Shown here piece after piece: positions 46,009-55,630 of a DNA stretch of 64,000 nt. A model generated the notes under the pieces. The model ran no database searches, had not been told where the DNA came from, and saw only the letters and a program-made list of their open reading frames with translations. Position 1 is the first letter of the stretch, and each line of letters begins with the position of its first letter. Origin of the DNA: a bacterium (GTDB lineage: Bacteria > Patescibacteriota > Patescibacteriia > SG8-24); contig JAKAKZ010000002.1 of assembly GCA_021824285.1 (NCBI GenBank), positions 1,303 through 65,302 on the forward strand, read 5' to 3'. The position numbers were made by a program, and so were the translations under genes.

Positions 46009-46485
46009 ATGACCTTTACCTTACAGCAAGCGCGCGACCTGGTCCGCTGTGCCAAAGCGGAGAACCAGCAGCAGATCATCTCTTTGGGGCGCTCGGAAAG
46101 CCGCATCAAGCGGATGCGGCAGCTCTACGAGTTCGAAGAGTGCCTCAAGCACCTTTCCCTCCCCGACCCCAACCGCCGCTGGACGGCCGTGCGCCACTGC
46201 GAATTCGTGGGGCCGGCGGACGGCGAAGAGCTGTTGCGGGTGGACGGCATCGTCCCGTTGCGGCTGCTGGACTTCGTGGCGCCGGAAACGGCCGCGACGC
46301 TGGCCGAACGCGGCGAGGGCACGGCGAACGACGCCATGCACCTCGACTGTCCGCGCTGCGCCAAGCTCTTTCCGCTCGTGGCGCACCGCACCCCGGCCGG
46401 AAACCCGGACCAGACGGAGTTGATCACGGTCTCCGTGATCTGCCTGAACTGCCTGGAACTCGCTCCGGTCGGCATGAGCGGCTAA
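46009..46485 (+). CDS. hypothetical protein with C-terminal CxxC...CxxC zinc-ribbon-like motif
   Basis: GGAGGAA SD 6 nt upstream. CPRC...CLNC. Confidence 0.5.
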   Translation: MTFTLQQARDLVRCAKAENQQQIISLGRSESRIKRMRQLYEFEECLKHLSLPDPNRRWTAVRHCEFVGPADGEELLRVDGIVPLRLLDFVAPETAATLAERGEGTANDAMHLDCPRCAKLFPLVAHRTPAGNPDQTELITVSVICLNCLELAPVGMSG

Positions 46486-46492
46486 ACGTCTT

Positions 46493-46521
46493 CCGCCCGT
46501 CCGACGACGGGCGGTTTTTTT
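46493..46521 (+). terminator. rho-independent terminator
   Basis: ccgcccgtccgacgacgggcgg + ttttttt. Confidence 0.65.
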
Positions 46522-46647
46522 ATTTAGCGGCGGTTCGAAAGATGCGAAGTTGCGGAGATGCAAAGGCGCAAAGACGCAAAATAGGAGGTCATAAATTTAT
46601 CCCCCGCTTTGCGTCTCCGAATCTCCGCAACTCCGCAACTGGCTATT

Positions 46648-46675
46648 AAAAAAATCCCCGCTTCGGCGGGGAAAG
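46648..46675 (-). terminator. rho-independent terminator for 46684..46953
   Basis: ccccgcttcggcgggg hairpin with T-run on minus strand. Confidence 0.55.
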
Positions 46676-46683
46676 ACCGGCTT

Positions 46684-46953
46684 CTACTTTACACGCCGGG
46701 CATCCGGCATGGGGACGGTCTCGATGACCGCCTGGCGCTTCGTGGCCGGCTCGCGCCTGATGACGAAAGAGCGGCGCTTCTGCCGCGGCAGCGGCGCCGT
46801 CTCGACCTTCAGCTGGTCCGTGGGGACGATGAGCGACTGGTCGGGAACCGAAGTCGCGTCGGGAGCGGCGGCACCGCGCGGTTCGTCGGCCGCCGCCGGA
46901 CCGAGGCTGAACAGACAGCCCAGGAGCGCGAGAACAAGGAACGAATGGCGCAT
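46684..46953 (-). CDS. small secreted protein (hypothetical)
   Basis: Signal peptide MRHSFLVLALLGCLFSLGPAAA. 89 aa. Confidence 0.45.
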   Translation of the reverse strand: MRHSFLVLALLGCLFSLGPAAADEPRGAAAPDATSVPDQSLIVPTDQLKVETAPLPRQKRRSFVIRREPATKRQAVIETVPMPDARRVK

Positions 46954-47102
46954 ATCTCCTCCGTTGGGGATAGACTACGGCCGCCAAGAGCATACCGCCG
47001 CCGGCTCCAGCCATCAAGATGGGCACAAACTGCTACCGCTGCCTTAGGCGCGCCAGCCAAAACGAAAGTCCGTCCAAAACCAGCGATTCGCGGCCAAAGG
47101 AT

Positions 47103-47131
47103 TGACTTTTTTGGCTTTTTGCGCCTAAATA
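47103..47131 (+). promoter_or_regulatory. sigma70-like promoter TTGACT-N17-CTAAAT
   Basis: Consensus-like hexamers about 30 nt upstream of the GGAGGG SD of 47161 gene. Confidence 0.4.
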
Positions 47132-47160
47132 AAGGTGTTCATTAAACATTCGGAGGGTAA

Positions 47161-47902
47161 AATGAAAGCCCAAACCGCGCTTCTCGCAGTCATGCTGTCA
47201 ATCCTGCCGCCAGCGGCAAGGGCGGAGGTGGGGGCGGATACGCCAAAACAGGAAAGTCCCAGGGTTCGGTTGCAGCCGCGCTTCTGGTATCACCTGGCCG
47301 CGTTTCCGGCCTACTCGCTGGCGGCCGACGTGACGCACGAGGGCGCGCATGCGCTCATGGCCCTGGCGCTCGGCAAGGGCATCAGTCGCTTCGAGCCCTA
47401 CCCGCACGTCACGGACGTCGGCGACGGTCAACAGAGGTTCGTGTTCGGCGTGATGGCCATGAGCGGTCCCAGCTCGCTGACCGAGGACGCTCTGATGCTC
47501 GCCGCCCCATCGCTCATGGACCTGGCGCTCTTCTCCGCGGCGGACCTGACGCTCTCGTATACCGATCCGCAATCATGGTATGCGCCGGTGCTCTGGTTCT
47601 CCTGTCTCCTCTGGCCGCTCATCGACTGGACCTACAACATGAGCAATTTGGGCGCCTTCAGCGACGTGACGCGGGTTTCCCGGATACTCGGCCTCAACCG
47701 TGTGGGCGTCGCCGTGGTCGGCGATGTCCTGGCGGCCGTCGGCCTGTGGCGCGTGGTCCATCATTTCATCAGGATCTTCCTGGTGATCGATGCGGTTCCG
47801 GACGCGGAAAAGATATCCGGCCTGTCCGTGCTCGATTCCCTGAACGTGACACCGGCCCTGAGCCCCTCCTTCACCGGCCTGGCGCTCACCGGCCGCTTCT
47901 GA
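47161..47902 (+). CDS. membrane protein with HExxH motif (putative zincin-like, DUF3267-like)
   Basis: GGAGGG SD. Signal/TM. THEGAHALMALALG HExxH in first hydrophobic segment. Confidence 0.5.
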
Positions 47903-47930
47903 CCCCACTTCGGTGGGGTTTTTAAATGCT

Positions 47931-47955
47931 AAAATCGCGCCACGAGCGCGATTTA
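47931..47955. terminator. conserved hairpin aaaatcgcgcc-acga-gcgcgattta (family copy 3)
   Basis: Same stem as 13164 and 24536. Preceded by the ccccacttcggtgggg + T-run terminator at 47904-47925. Confidence 0.6.
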
Positions 47956-47983
47956 TTTGAACTTTAAACCCTAAACTCCAGCC

Positions 47984-49441
47984 TTACGCTTCACCGTTCC
48001 TGTTCCCCTTCTCGAAATACTCCTTCTCCGCGCCGATGGAATCCAGATCGAAACGCCGACCTTCCAGCACGGCCCGCGCAGCCAAGAAACCCATTTCCAA
48101 CGAGTGGTCCTGATTGGTGTACTTGAACCGACCAGGCCGGCCGACCCACTGCAGGTTGGTGAAGCCGTCTAGATAGTCCCTGACGACCGCCAGATTTTTT
48201 TGGTAATCAAGGTCGTAGATCGGGTAGTCCTTACCACCGGGAATACGGTAGTAGTGCCGCACCTCCTCTCTCCGAAAGAAGCCATATCTCTCGAAGCGCG
48301 GCGCCACGAGCGCGAACAGCTCCTCGGCCGTGGCGCGGTGCGTCGCATCGCCTTCATTGCAAAAAAATTCTATAAATAGCGAGGTCTTACCCGGCGGCGA
48401 CATCCGCGCGCTGAAATTGCGCATCTCGGACGAGCGCGCAAAAGGCAAATCGCGCTCCGGAAAATAGATCCACTGGTCGTCGGTGACCTTCGGACGGTCC
48501 AGGGTGATGAACAGATGGACCTGGCTGCGCCATTTGAGCCCGCCGGCGGCGGCCAGTACGTCGGCCGGCGGCGCCGGTTCCAGGAGCGACAGGAATTCAG
48601 TCACGGGCACCGATTCGATCAGGTTGGAGCAGCGCAGTTCGCGCTCCCCTGCCGGCCCGGCGAGCGTCACGGCTTCGATACGGCCGCCCGCGTGGCGGAC
48701 GCGCATCGGCCTGGTCTCAAGCGAGATCTTGCGGCCGTTCTGCCGTAGATTCTCGGCCAGCTTTTCATATAGAAAGCCGGCACCGAGGTCGGGATAATAG
48801 AACGTATCCACGAGCGACTTCGGCTTCTCCTTCTGCTTGGCCGCGAACAGCCGCGCCGCGGCGTTCTTGACGAGCGCCAAGACGTTCAGCCCGGCGATGC
48901 GCTGCTGGGCCCAATCGAGATGCAGCCGCTCGGTCGGCACGCCCCAGATCTTCTCCGTGTAGTTGATGACGTTGAACTCGGCGAGCGGCCGGCCGAAGCT
49001 GGCGTAGGCCCAGTCGCGGAAATTTCTGATCGGCGACTTGAGCCAGCGGTAGCGCACGACCGCGGCTGCGTACCCGACCGCGCAGCGCAGCACCATGGCC
49101 GGACCGAGATTGCGCATCGCCTGAAAGGCATTGATCGGGTAGTCGAAGAATTTCCCGGCGATGTACTGCCGGGTCTGCCGCTTCACCGAAATCCAGTGTT
49201 CGCCCAGCACCTCGCCGATCAGGCCGTAAAGACGCCGATTCTTGGAAAAAAAACGGTGCGGTCCGTTGTCCGTGCGGAACTCCAGGTCGCCTTCGCGAAA
49301 AACATAGGTCTTGGCCAGGCCGCCGACCTGCGCAGACTTTTCTATTATCTCAAAATCCCGTCCCGCGCGGTCGAGTTCCAGCGCCGCGGCCATCCCGGCC
49401 GGTCCGGCACCGATTATGAGGATTTTCCTTTCGTTAGACAT
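47984..49441 (-). CDS. FAD-dependent oxidoreductase (amine-oxidase/UDP-galactopyranose-mutase superfamily)
   Basis: N-terminal KILIIGAGPAGMAAALEL dinucleotide-binding motif and ...EKSAQVGGL. Confidence 0.65.
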   Translation of the reverse strand: MSNERKILIIGAGPAGMAAALELDRAGRDFEIIEKSAQVGGLAKTYVFREGDLEFRTDNGPHRFFSKNRRLYGLIGEVLGEHWISVKRQTRQYIAGKFFDYPINAFQAMRNLGPAMVLRCAVGYAAAVVRYRWLKSPIRNFRDWAYASFGRPLAEFNVINYTEKIWGVPTERLHLDWAQQRIAGLNVLALVKNAAARLFAAKQKEKPKSLVDTFYYPDLGAGFLYEKLAENLRQNGRKISLETRPMRVRHAGGRIEAVTLAGPAGERELRCSNLIESVPVTEFLSLLEPAPPADVLAAAGGLKWRSQVHLFITLDRPKVTDDQWIYFPERDLPFARSSEMRNFSARMSPPGKTSLFIEFFCNEGDATHRATAEELFALVAPRFERYGFFRREEVRHYYRIPGGKDYPIYDLDYQKNLAVVRDYLDGFTNLQWVGRPGRFKYTNQDHSLEMGFLAARAVLEGRRFDLDSIGAEKEYFEKGNRNGEA

Positions 49442-49456
49442 GAAAATATGTGTGAA

Positions 49457-49671
49457 GCTGAGATTGCTTCGCTCCGCTAGCGCTACGCTCGCAATGACAA
49501 TAGGCGAGATGCATCATGCACTCACTCACCCCCCTAAAATCAACGCCCGTCATGCGGGCGACCCCATCCCCTTCCGTCATCGCGAGGAGGCCCGTCCCAT
49601 TCTGCTATTACGAGGCGATCCATCTTTTTTGTCATTGCGAGGAGGGCCGCGCCCGACGAAGCAATCTCAGC
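49457..49671. mobile_element. MITE-like element: perfect 15-bp terminal inverted repeats (gctgagattgcttcg / cgaagcaatctcagc) flanking about 185 bp with three gtcat(t/c)gcgagga motifs
   Basis: TIRs at 49457-49471 and 49657-49671. Internal repeated motif at about 49493 (inverted), 49575 and 49630. Followed by a C-rich tract 49672-49725. Confidence 0.4.
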
Positions 49672-49705
49672 CCCACCCACCCCACACCCCCAAAACCCCC
49701 AAACC

Positions 49706-50596
49706 TCAACACCTAACCCACCCCTCCGGAACGATGCCGCTCGTGCGGAAGCGCCAGTCGCGGAACCACCGCCGAGGCGCCACCACAATCTTGTCCGGCC
49801 GCGGGTCGAGCCAGGCGCCCCACCAGCTGAAGGAGCTGTTCGCGAGAATATGATGCCGACAGCGGCTCATGAGTATGAGCTCCTCGACGTCGGAGATGCC
49901 CGGCCGAGAGACATATACGGCCGGGCCGCCATACTTCAGGTTCTCCTTGGCCCAGGCGATATCGTCGGAAAAGACGAAACAGCGCGGCGCGGCGACGCGC
50001 CGGGTGACGATTCGGGAGGCGGCCCGGTAATAGGCCAGATCGACCGTACCGAACGCGCTGCGCACCGCCTTATTGGTCACAAAATCGCCGCGGCGGACAT
50101 GTATGGAAACCGAGGCCTCGGCTTCGGTCCCTTGGACATGGGCCGCATCGGCAGATTCGATCTGCTTCAAGATGGCGGCTGCAGCCTGAGAAAGCGGCGC
50201 CTTGAGAGAAAATTCGCGGCGGATCTCGTCCGCCATGTCGGCGAAATAACGCTCGCTCTGCCAGAAGCCCTCGAGATAAGATCCGTCACGCGCGTAAAAG
50301 GCGCGCGGATCGTAGCCGTAATTTGCGCCGATGAGCTTGCGGAGGGCTTTCTGCGCCAGCACCGCCAGCCGGCTCGGCCGGCGCGCGTCGCGCAGCTCCT
50401 CGGCCGTCGCCAACTCCCCGGCAATATTGAATTTTTCCAGCATGAACTGCCGCGGCGCGTCCGAGCCGAAATCCGACTTGGCGTACCAGGACGCATCCAA
50501 CTTAACCGGCAAACCGCGCCGCCGCGCCAATGCGCGCGCGAACGCGTACTGAAACATCTGGTTGCCGAGGCCGCCGATCAGCCGCACGACGAACAT
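49706..50596 (-). CDS. GT11-family alpha-1,2-fucosyltransferase-like glycosyltransferase
   Basis: N-terminal RLIGGLGNQMFQYA hallmark of GT11. Confidence 0.75.
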   Translation of the reverse strand: MFVVRLIGGLGNQMFQYAFARALARRRGLPVKLDASWYAKSDFGSDAPRQFMLEKFNIAGELATAEELRDARRPSRLAVLAQKALRKLIGANYGYDPRAFYARDGSYLEGFWQSERYFADMADEIRREFSLKAPLSQAAAAILKQIESADAAHVQGTEAEASVSIHVRRGDFVTNKAVRSAFGTVDLAYYRAASRIVTRRVAAPRCFVFSDDIAWAKENLKYGGPAVYVSRPGISDVEELILMSRCRHHILANSSFSWWGAWLDPRPDKIVVAPRRWFRDWRFRTSGIVPEGWVRC

Positions 50597-50599
50597 AGC

Positions 50600-51580
50600 C
50601 TATTTGCCGGCGCTCGCCGCCACCTGCGCGGCGATCCACCGATAAGTCTTCTCCATGCCTTCGCGCAGCGGCCGGCTCGGCGTCCAGCCGAGCTTCTCGC
50701 GGATCAGGTGGTTGTCGGAATTGCGGCCGCGCACGCCGAGCGGACCCTCGATGTGCTTGAGGCCAAGCTTCTTGCCGGCGATCTCCATCGCCATCTCCGC
50801 CAGGCCGTTGATTGAGATCATCTCCTCGGAGCCGATGTTGACCGGCCCGGTGAAGTCGCTGTCGACCAGGCGCCGGATGCCATCTAGGCACTCGTCGATG
50901 TAAAGGAAGGAACGTGTCTGCTTGCCGTCGCCCCAGACCTCAATTTCGCTGCCCTCCGGCGACTCGGCCACCTTGCGGCACATGGCTGCCGGCGCTTTCT
51001 CCTTGCCGCCGGTCCAGGTCCCTTCGGGGCCGAAAATGTTGTGGAAGCGCGCGATGCGGACCTTGAGGCCGTAGTTGCGGTGGAACGACAGGTACATGCG
51101 CTCGCTGAACAGCTTCTCCCAGCCGTACTCGCTGTCCGGCTCCGCGGGATAGGCCGAAGCCTCGCTGCACTTCGGGTTGTCCGGATCGAGCTGGTTATAG
51201 GCCGGGTAGATGCAGGCCGAAGAGGAATAGAAGATGCGGCCGACCTTGTGCTTGTTGGCCAGCTCCGCGACGTTCAGGTTGATGAGCGCGGAGTTGTGCA
51301 TCACGTCCGCGTCGTGCAAGCCGCTGAAGATGTAGCCCGCGCCGCCCATATCCGCCGCGAGCTGGTAGACCTCGTCGAAGGCGCGGTCGAGCACCGCACG
51401 GCAGACCTGCTGGTCGCGCAGGTCGCCGACGACGAAATCGTCGGCCGTCGTCGCCGAAAACTCCGGCTTCTTCAGGTCCACGCCGCGGACCCAGAACCCT
51501 TCGGACTTGAGCCGATTAACGAGATGGTGGCCGATGAATCCTCCGGCCCCGCAGACGAGAGCTGTCTTCTGGTTGGGCAT
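50600..51580 (-). CDS. GDP-mannose 3,5-epimerase-like NAD-dependent epimerase (SDR family)
   Basis: ALVCGAGGFIGHHL Rossmann. Extended motif RIARFHNIFGPEGTWTGGKEKAPAAMCRKV closely matches the GDP-mannose 3,5-epimerase signature (RIGRFHNIYGPFGTWKGGREKAPAAFCRKA). NIGSEEMISINGLAEMAMEI also matches. Confidence 0.75.
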   Translation of the reverse strand: MPNQKTALVCGAGGFIGHHLVNRLKSEGFWVRGVDLKKPEFSATTADDFVVGDLRDQQVCRAVLDRAFDEVYQLAADMGGAGYIFSGLHDADVMHNSALINLNVAELANKHKVGRIFYSSSACIYPAYNQLDPDNPKCSEASAYPAEPDSEYGWEKLFSERMYLSFHRNYGLKVRIARFHNIFGPEGTWTGGKEKAPAAMCRKVAESPEGSEIEVWGDGKQTRSFLYIDECLDGIRRLVDSDFTGPVNIGSEEMISINGLAEMAMEIAGKKLGLKHIEGPLGVRGRNSDNHLIREKLGWTPSRPLREGMEKTYRWIAAQVAASAGK

Positions 51581-51581
51581 A

Positions 51582-52523
51582 TCAACGTCGGATAAGTTTG
51601 AGTAAGGCAGCCAGACGATTCAGGACCTTCCTGGCCGGACTGACGTAGAATATCTTGTAGTGCGTGCGGCGGTCGGCCTCGGCGTCCGGCGCCATGATGG
51701 CCGGGTGCGTGAGAGGAAACGAAATGGCTTTCGTGCCGAGATCGGCCACGTCGCTTGCGCCCGTCGTGTGCGTGGCGTCCGCGCCGAAACCGATGTTGGA
51801 GATGAGGTTGACGTTCGGCAGGATGCACAGTCCGTTCTGCGCCAAGATAGCGTATTCCCACTGATAATCCCAGGTGTTGACGGCGCCGGCGTGCGCCCGG
51901 TCGAAGATGCGACGCCAATATCTCCGCTGGTCGGCATCCGACCAGACGCCGGCGAACATGCTGCGCTGCCGGAATTCCGGATACGTCTTCATCACCAGAT
52001 CGTAGTGTTGCCAGGCGCGACGCCAAGTGGCCCAACCCCAGACGTGGTTATAGCGCGAAAAATAATAGCTGGCCCCGCCGACCTTGCGGCCGTCCTGAAA
52101 GTTGTCGCCGCTCACGTGCATGACGCGCTCATCGTCGCGATACCGCTCCAGCATCTCGCGGCAGAACGGGAAGAACGACGGGTCGGGCAGGCAGTCATCT
52201 TCCAGGATGATCCCCTGTTCGACGTTCTCGAAGAACCAGTCGATGGCCGTAGCCACGCCCTTGCGGCAACCCAAATTCGACTCGCGCAGCAGCGTCTTTA
52301 CCTCGCAGTCCCAGTCGATTGCCTTGAGCGTCTCCTCGCGTACCTGTGCACATCTGGCCGCGTCCGAGGCGTTGCCCGGCCGCGGGCCGTCTGCCGCAAT
52401 GAAGAGCCGCGTCGGCTTCAGCTCGCGCAGGCGCGCCAGCACGACCCGCGCCGTGTCGGGACGGTTGAAGATGATGAAGAGGATGGGGACGTCGTACGGC
52501 TGGCCCGCTGGCATACGGCTCAA
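51582..52523 (-). CDS. GT-A fold glycosyltransferase (GnT-I/GT13-like)
   Basis: DVPILFIIFNRPDTARVVLARL pattern similar to GnT-I (PILVIACDR...). Confidence 0.5.
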   Translation of the reverse strand: MSRMPAGQPYDVPILFIIFNRPDTARVVLARLRELKPTRLFIAADGPRPGNASDAARCAQVREETLKAIDWDCEVKTLLRESNLGCRKGVATAIDWFFENVEQGIILEDDCLPDPSFFPFCREMLERYRDDERVMHVSGDNFQDGRKVGGASYYFSRYNHVWGWATWRRAWQHYDLVMKTYPEFRQRSMFAGVWSDADQRRYWRRIFDRAHAGAVNTWDYQWEYAILAQNGLCILPNVNLISNIGFGADATHTTGASDVADLGTKAISFPLTHPAIMAPDAEADRRTHYKIFYVSPARKVLNRLAALLKLIRR

Positions 52524-53506
52524 TAATAGACCAAAGTGGCGTATTTATCGAAGAAGAACCGGTCTTGGCCGCGGTAATATTCCCAATCCACGCCGCCTTT
52601 CCGCAGGGTGATGAACGGGATATTGCCGTAATAGGCGGCAATCGGGCCGAACGTGCTGTTCGAACCGATAATCAGGTCGCAGGCGGCGAGCAAGAACAGG
52701 TCCTCCATGTACGAACGGCCCGGCTGGCTGACGTGCAACCCAGGAAATTTCGCGAGATCGATTGTCTCGTCCGAACAGATCAGGAACGCCGTCGTCGCCG
52801 TATCCACGCCGAACTTGGCGACGTATTCGCCGAGCGCGGCGTTGACTTCTTCGGCGGAAAAGCAGTGTTTGGCGGCATCGGGATCGCCGCGGTAGTCGCC
52901 TTGCCGGATGTGCACGCCGATGACTTTGCGGTAGCGGCTCCGCAGTTCGGACATCTTCCGCCCTATGCTAGCCGCCACTTCCGGCTTGGGACCGAACGCG
53001 GCGACGATTTCCTTGCGGTACTTTCCCAAGCCTACGGGATTCCGGAACAGCCAGCCGTGGAAATAGACCGTGCGGTGCGGCGCGGCTTCCTGGGCCAGAA
53101 CCTCCGGCGAAGCGTCCGGCGTCGGCGGCAGGTATTGGATCTTCGGCACAGGCTCCATGGGCGCGTAGATGACCTGCTTCCGGCAAAGCTTCTCCACCAG
53201 TTTCACATAGACCTTATAGAGCTTGCGAAACAGGTTATCGTGCGGGTCGCGAAAAAAGACTTTCGAAAAGTGCCGTTTCAGGAAATCATGGGTCCGGTAG
53301 TAAAGCAGCTCGATCGCGCGGTTGTTCGGCCGCAGATTGAAGTGCCGCGCGTACTCGAAGAAGCAGTGGTTCTCCAGCCGGTAGCCGCGCTCCAGGCAGT
53401 AGGCGTAGATGCTCATGTACGGCCAGAGCTGGTTGGCCAGCCGGCCGCCGTTGTGCCAGAGGAAAACGATGCGTTTTTGCCGCCCAGCCATGATGCCGCA
53501 GATCAT
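52520..53506 (-). CDS. second GT11-like fucosyltransferase-family protein
   Basis: HIRQGDY (GT11 motif I HxRRGDY) and SNSTFG motifs. Confidence 0.6.
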   Translation of the reverse strand: MICGIMAGRQKRIVFLWHNGGRLANQLWPYMSIYAYCLERGYRLENHCFFEYARHFNLRPNNRAIELLYYRTHDFLKRHFSKVFFRDPHDNLFRKLYKVYVKLVEKLCRKQVIYAPMEPVPKIQYLPPTPDASPEVLAQEAAPHRTVYFHGWLFRNPVGLGKYRKEIVAAFGPKPEVAASIGRKMSELRSRYRKVIGVHIRQGDYRGDPDAAKHCFSAEEVNAALGEYVAKFGVDTATTAFLICSDETIDLAKFPGLHVSQPGRSYMEDLFLLAACDLIIGSNSTFGPIAAYYGNIPFITLRKGGVDWEYYRGQDRFFFDKYATLVYY

Positions 53507-54387
53507 TGCCCCTGGGGCTTTTCCCAGGTGGCCGCAATGAAGCAGCGGCCGTCCGTTTCCTCCTTCAGCAGTTCCAGCGAATAGCCCATCCCGCGCAGGA
53601 ATTCGCCGACCTTGAACATGTTGAAGATGGAATGGATCTCCATAAGCAGGATCGGGTGGTGCTTAGCGAGAGTCTGCCGCGCGCCCTCGAGGACCGCGGA
53701 CTCGGCGCCTTCCACGTCGATCTTCATGAGATACGGCGGATCTTTGATGCCCAGTTCGGCGAACGCATCGATCGGATGGGTTTTGACCTTGGCGCGCCGA
53801 AAGCCGCGCTCCCTTTCGTAACTGCCCTTTTCGAAAAACGTGTGCGACTGACCGAGAAAGCTGCCGCTGCTGGCGCCCCCGTCCACGTCATAGCTGAACA
53901 CGAAGTCCTCCTCGCCATGCCGGTCGGCCACCGCAAAATCGTGCAGGCGGATCACGCGGCCCAAATCGCGGTTCTCGGTCATCAGCAGATCGAACCTCTC
54001 GCGGTTGAAGCCGTTCGGCTCGAATGCGTGGACCACGCCGGTCCCTCCAACAAGTTGCGCGAAGCACATGGAGCTATAGCCGAAATGCGCCCCGATATCA
54101 TAGACGGTCTTGCCGGCGAGCGGCAGGCTCTCTAGGTAGGACACGAAAAAGGCGTCGTAATCGCCCGTGACCATTTCCTTCCAGGGGCCGTCCGGGTCCA
54201 CGAAAATCCTCCGGCCTTTCAGGAGCCCGCCAGTCACAACGCACCACCGGGCAGCCAGACTGTTCTTCAGATGGCGGTCCGACCAGTTCCGGACGCGGCC
54301 ATATAGCCGCGTTTTCTTGATGGCCTTAAACGCGGGGGCCGGAATGATGGACTGCGCGATCCGGTATATCTTTCCTTTGGTGAGCAT
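53503..54387 (-). CDS. FkbM-family methyltransferase
   Basis: VYDIGAHFGYSS...VHAFEPN SAM-MTase FkbM pattern. Confidence 0.7.
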   Translation of the reverse strand: MLTKGKIYRIAQSIIPAPAFKAIKKTRLYGRVRNWSDRHLKNSLAARWCVVTGGLLKGRRIFVDPDGPWKEMVTGDYDAFFVSYLESLPLAGKTVYDIGAHFGYSSMCFAQLVGGTGVVHAFEPNGFNRERFDLLMTENRDLGRVIRLHDFAVADRHGEEDFVFSYDVDGGASSGSFLGQSHTFFEKGSYERERGFRRAKVKTHPIDAFAELGIKDPPYLMKIDVEGAESAVLEGARQTLAKHHPILLMEIHSIFNMFKVGEFLRGMGYSLELLKEETDGRCFIAATWEKPQGQ

Positions 54388-54423
54388 ATTAATCGCTGAT
54401 TCAATGTTGCCGAAATGGTGCCG

Positions 54424-55629
54424 CTATCCGTTACGCGGCTGCAGGAACGGGCCGGCGATGTTAAGCAGGAATTTCTTGAACTTGCTCATCCTGATTTTTT
54501 TCAGCGTCATCGAGCCGATCAGATCGGCGACACTGTTTTCGACCTGCGCTGGTTCGCATTTTCCCGACAGGCCGACCGATGCCCGCAGGAGATCGTAATG
54601 CAGTACAGGAGTGGCGTAACCGGTAGCCAGGATGCCCAGGATCAGTTCCGCGGACCTGCCGTATTCGCGTTTCCTGTAGGCATCAACGGCCCGACAGACC
54701 GCCTCCTCCGGCGAGACGGCCGAATCAGGCAAATTGCCGACGTAGGCCGAGAGCCCGTCAGGTCGGCGGTACGCTTCGTTGCCGGGCGCGAAGAACACGC
54801 CAGGCGCGGACCGATATATGGCCCGCACCGCAGAATGCAGGTCATTCTCCGCGAGTTTGCTCTTGCCGAAAATGTCGTACTCCAGGATCGCGCGCCGGAC
54901 CGCCGGCGACAGGAGATGGAAGATCTCCTCATAAATCAGGTAAAAATTCCTGGAGAACTCGCCGTTCTGATAGACGCGCTGGAAATACGAATCGTGGCTG
55001 CGGCTCAAACGGTGATAAAAGACCGTGCCGGGACAGGTATAGACGCTCTGCCCAGCCGCGAGATAACGGACCTCGAAGCATTGGGTATCGAAACCGTGGT
55101 GCTCCGGGTAGCCGCCGGCCGCGGCCCACGATACCTTGGTGAACAGGAAGTTGTCGAGCAGGGTGCCGCTCTCATCGAACAGGTGTTCCAGCTTGACCGG
55201 CTGCCCGACGATCTTATTGACGTGGGTATTCCGGCGGTCGTGCGGATGGTCCATGAAGAACTTCCGCCGTTCGAACTGTACGCCGTCGCATTTTTTCTCG
55301 TCGAGCAGGGCGGCCATTTTCGGCAGCACGCCGTCGCCCAAGATGTTGTCGGAGTCCAGACAGAAGACGAGATCGCCGGAGCATTCGCGGATCCCCGTGT
55401 TCCGGGCCGCTCCCCCGCCGCGGTTCTTCTCATGGTGCAGTACCCGCATCTCCGGATGCTTTCCGGCGAGCGTCGCCAGAAGTTCCCGCGTCCCGTCCTT
55501 GGAGCCGTCGTCCACAGCCACAATCTCGAAATTGCCGGCAAATCCCTGGCGGTAAACCGAATCAACGGCCTCCTCCAGGGTGGCGGCGCAGTTATAGCAC
55601 GGGATGACGATGGAAAACTTATGGGTCAT
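54424..55629 (-). CDS. GT2-family glycosyltransferase with C-terminal extension
   Basis: FSIVIPCYNCAATLEEAVDSV...VAVDDGSKDGT. Start at MTHKF (55629) chosen over 55665. Confidence 0.75.
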   Translation of the reverse strand: MTHKFSIVIPCYNCAATLEEAVDSVYRQGFAGNFEIVAVDDGSKDGTRELLATLAGKHPEMRVLHHEKNRGGGAARNTGIRECSGDLVFCLDSDNILGDGVLPKMAALLDEKKCDGVQFERRKFFMDHPHDRRNTHVNKIVGQPVKLEHLFDESGTLLDNFLFTKVSWAAAGGYPEHHGFDTQCFEVRYLAAGQSVYTCPGTVFYHRLSRSHDSYFQRVYQNGEFSRNFYLIYEEIFHLLSPAVRRAILEYDIFGKSKLAENDLHSAVRAIYRSAPGVFFAPGNEAYRRPDGLSAYVGNLPDSAVSPEEAVCRAVDAYRKREYGRSAELILGILATGYATPVLHYDLLRASVGLSGKCEPAQVENSVADLIGSMTLKKIRMSKFKKFLLNIAGPFLQPRNG

Positions 55630-55630
55630 A

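Noticed and set aside
45813-46109. Extended N-terminus (start 46109) for the FMN-binding protein
   Set aside because: Extension is Cys-rich and non-protein-like and crosses a promoter-like TATAAT. ATG at 45812 gives a clean TM anchor + linker + FMN-binding domain.
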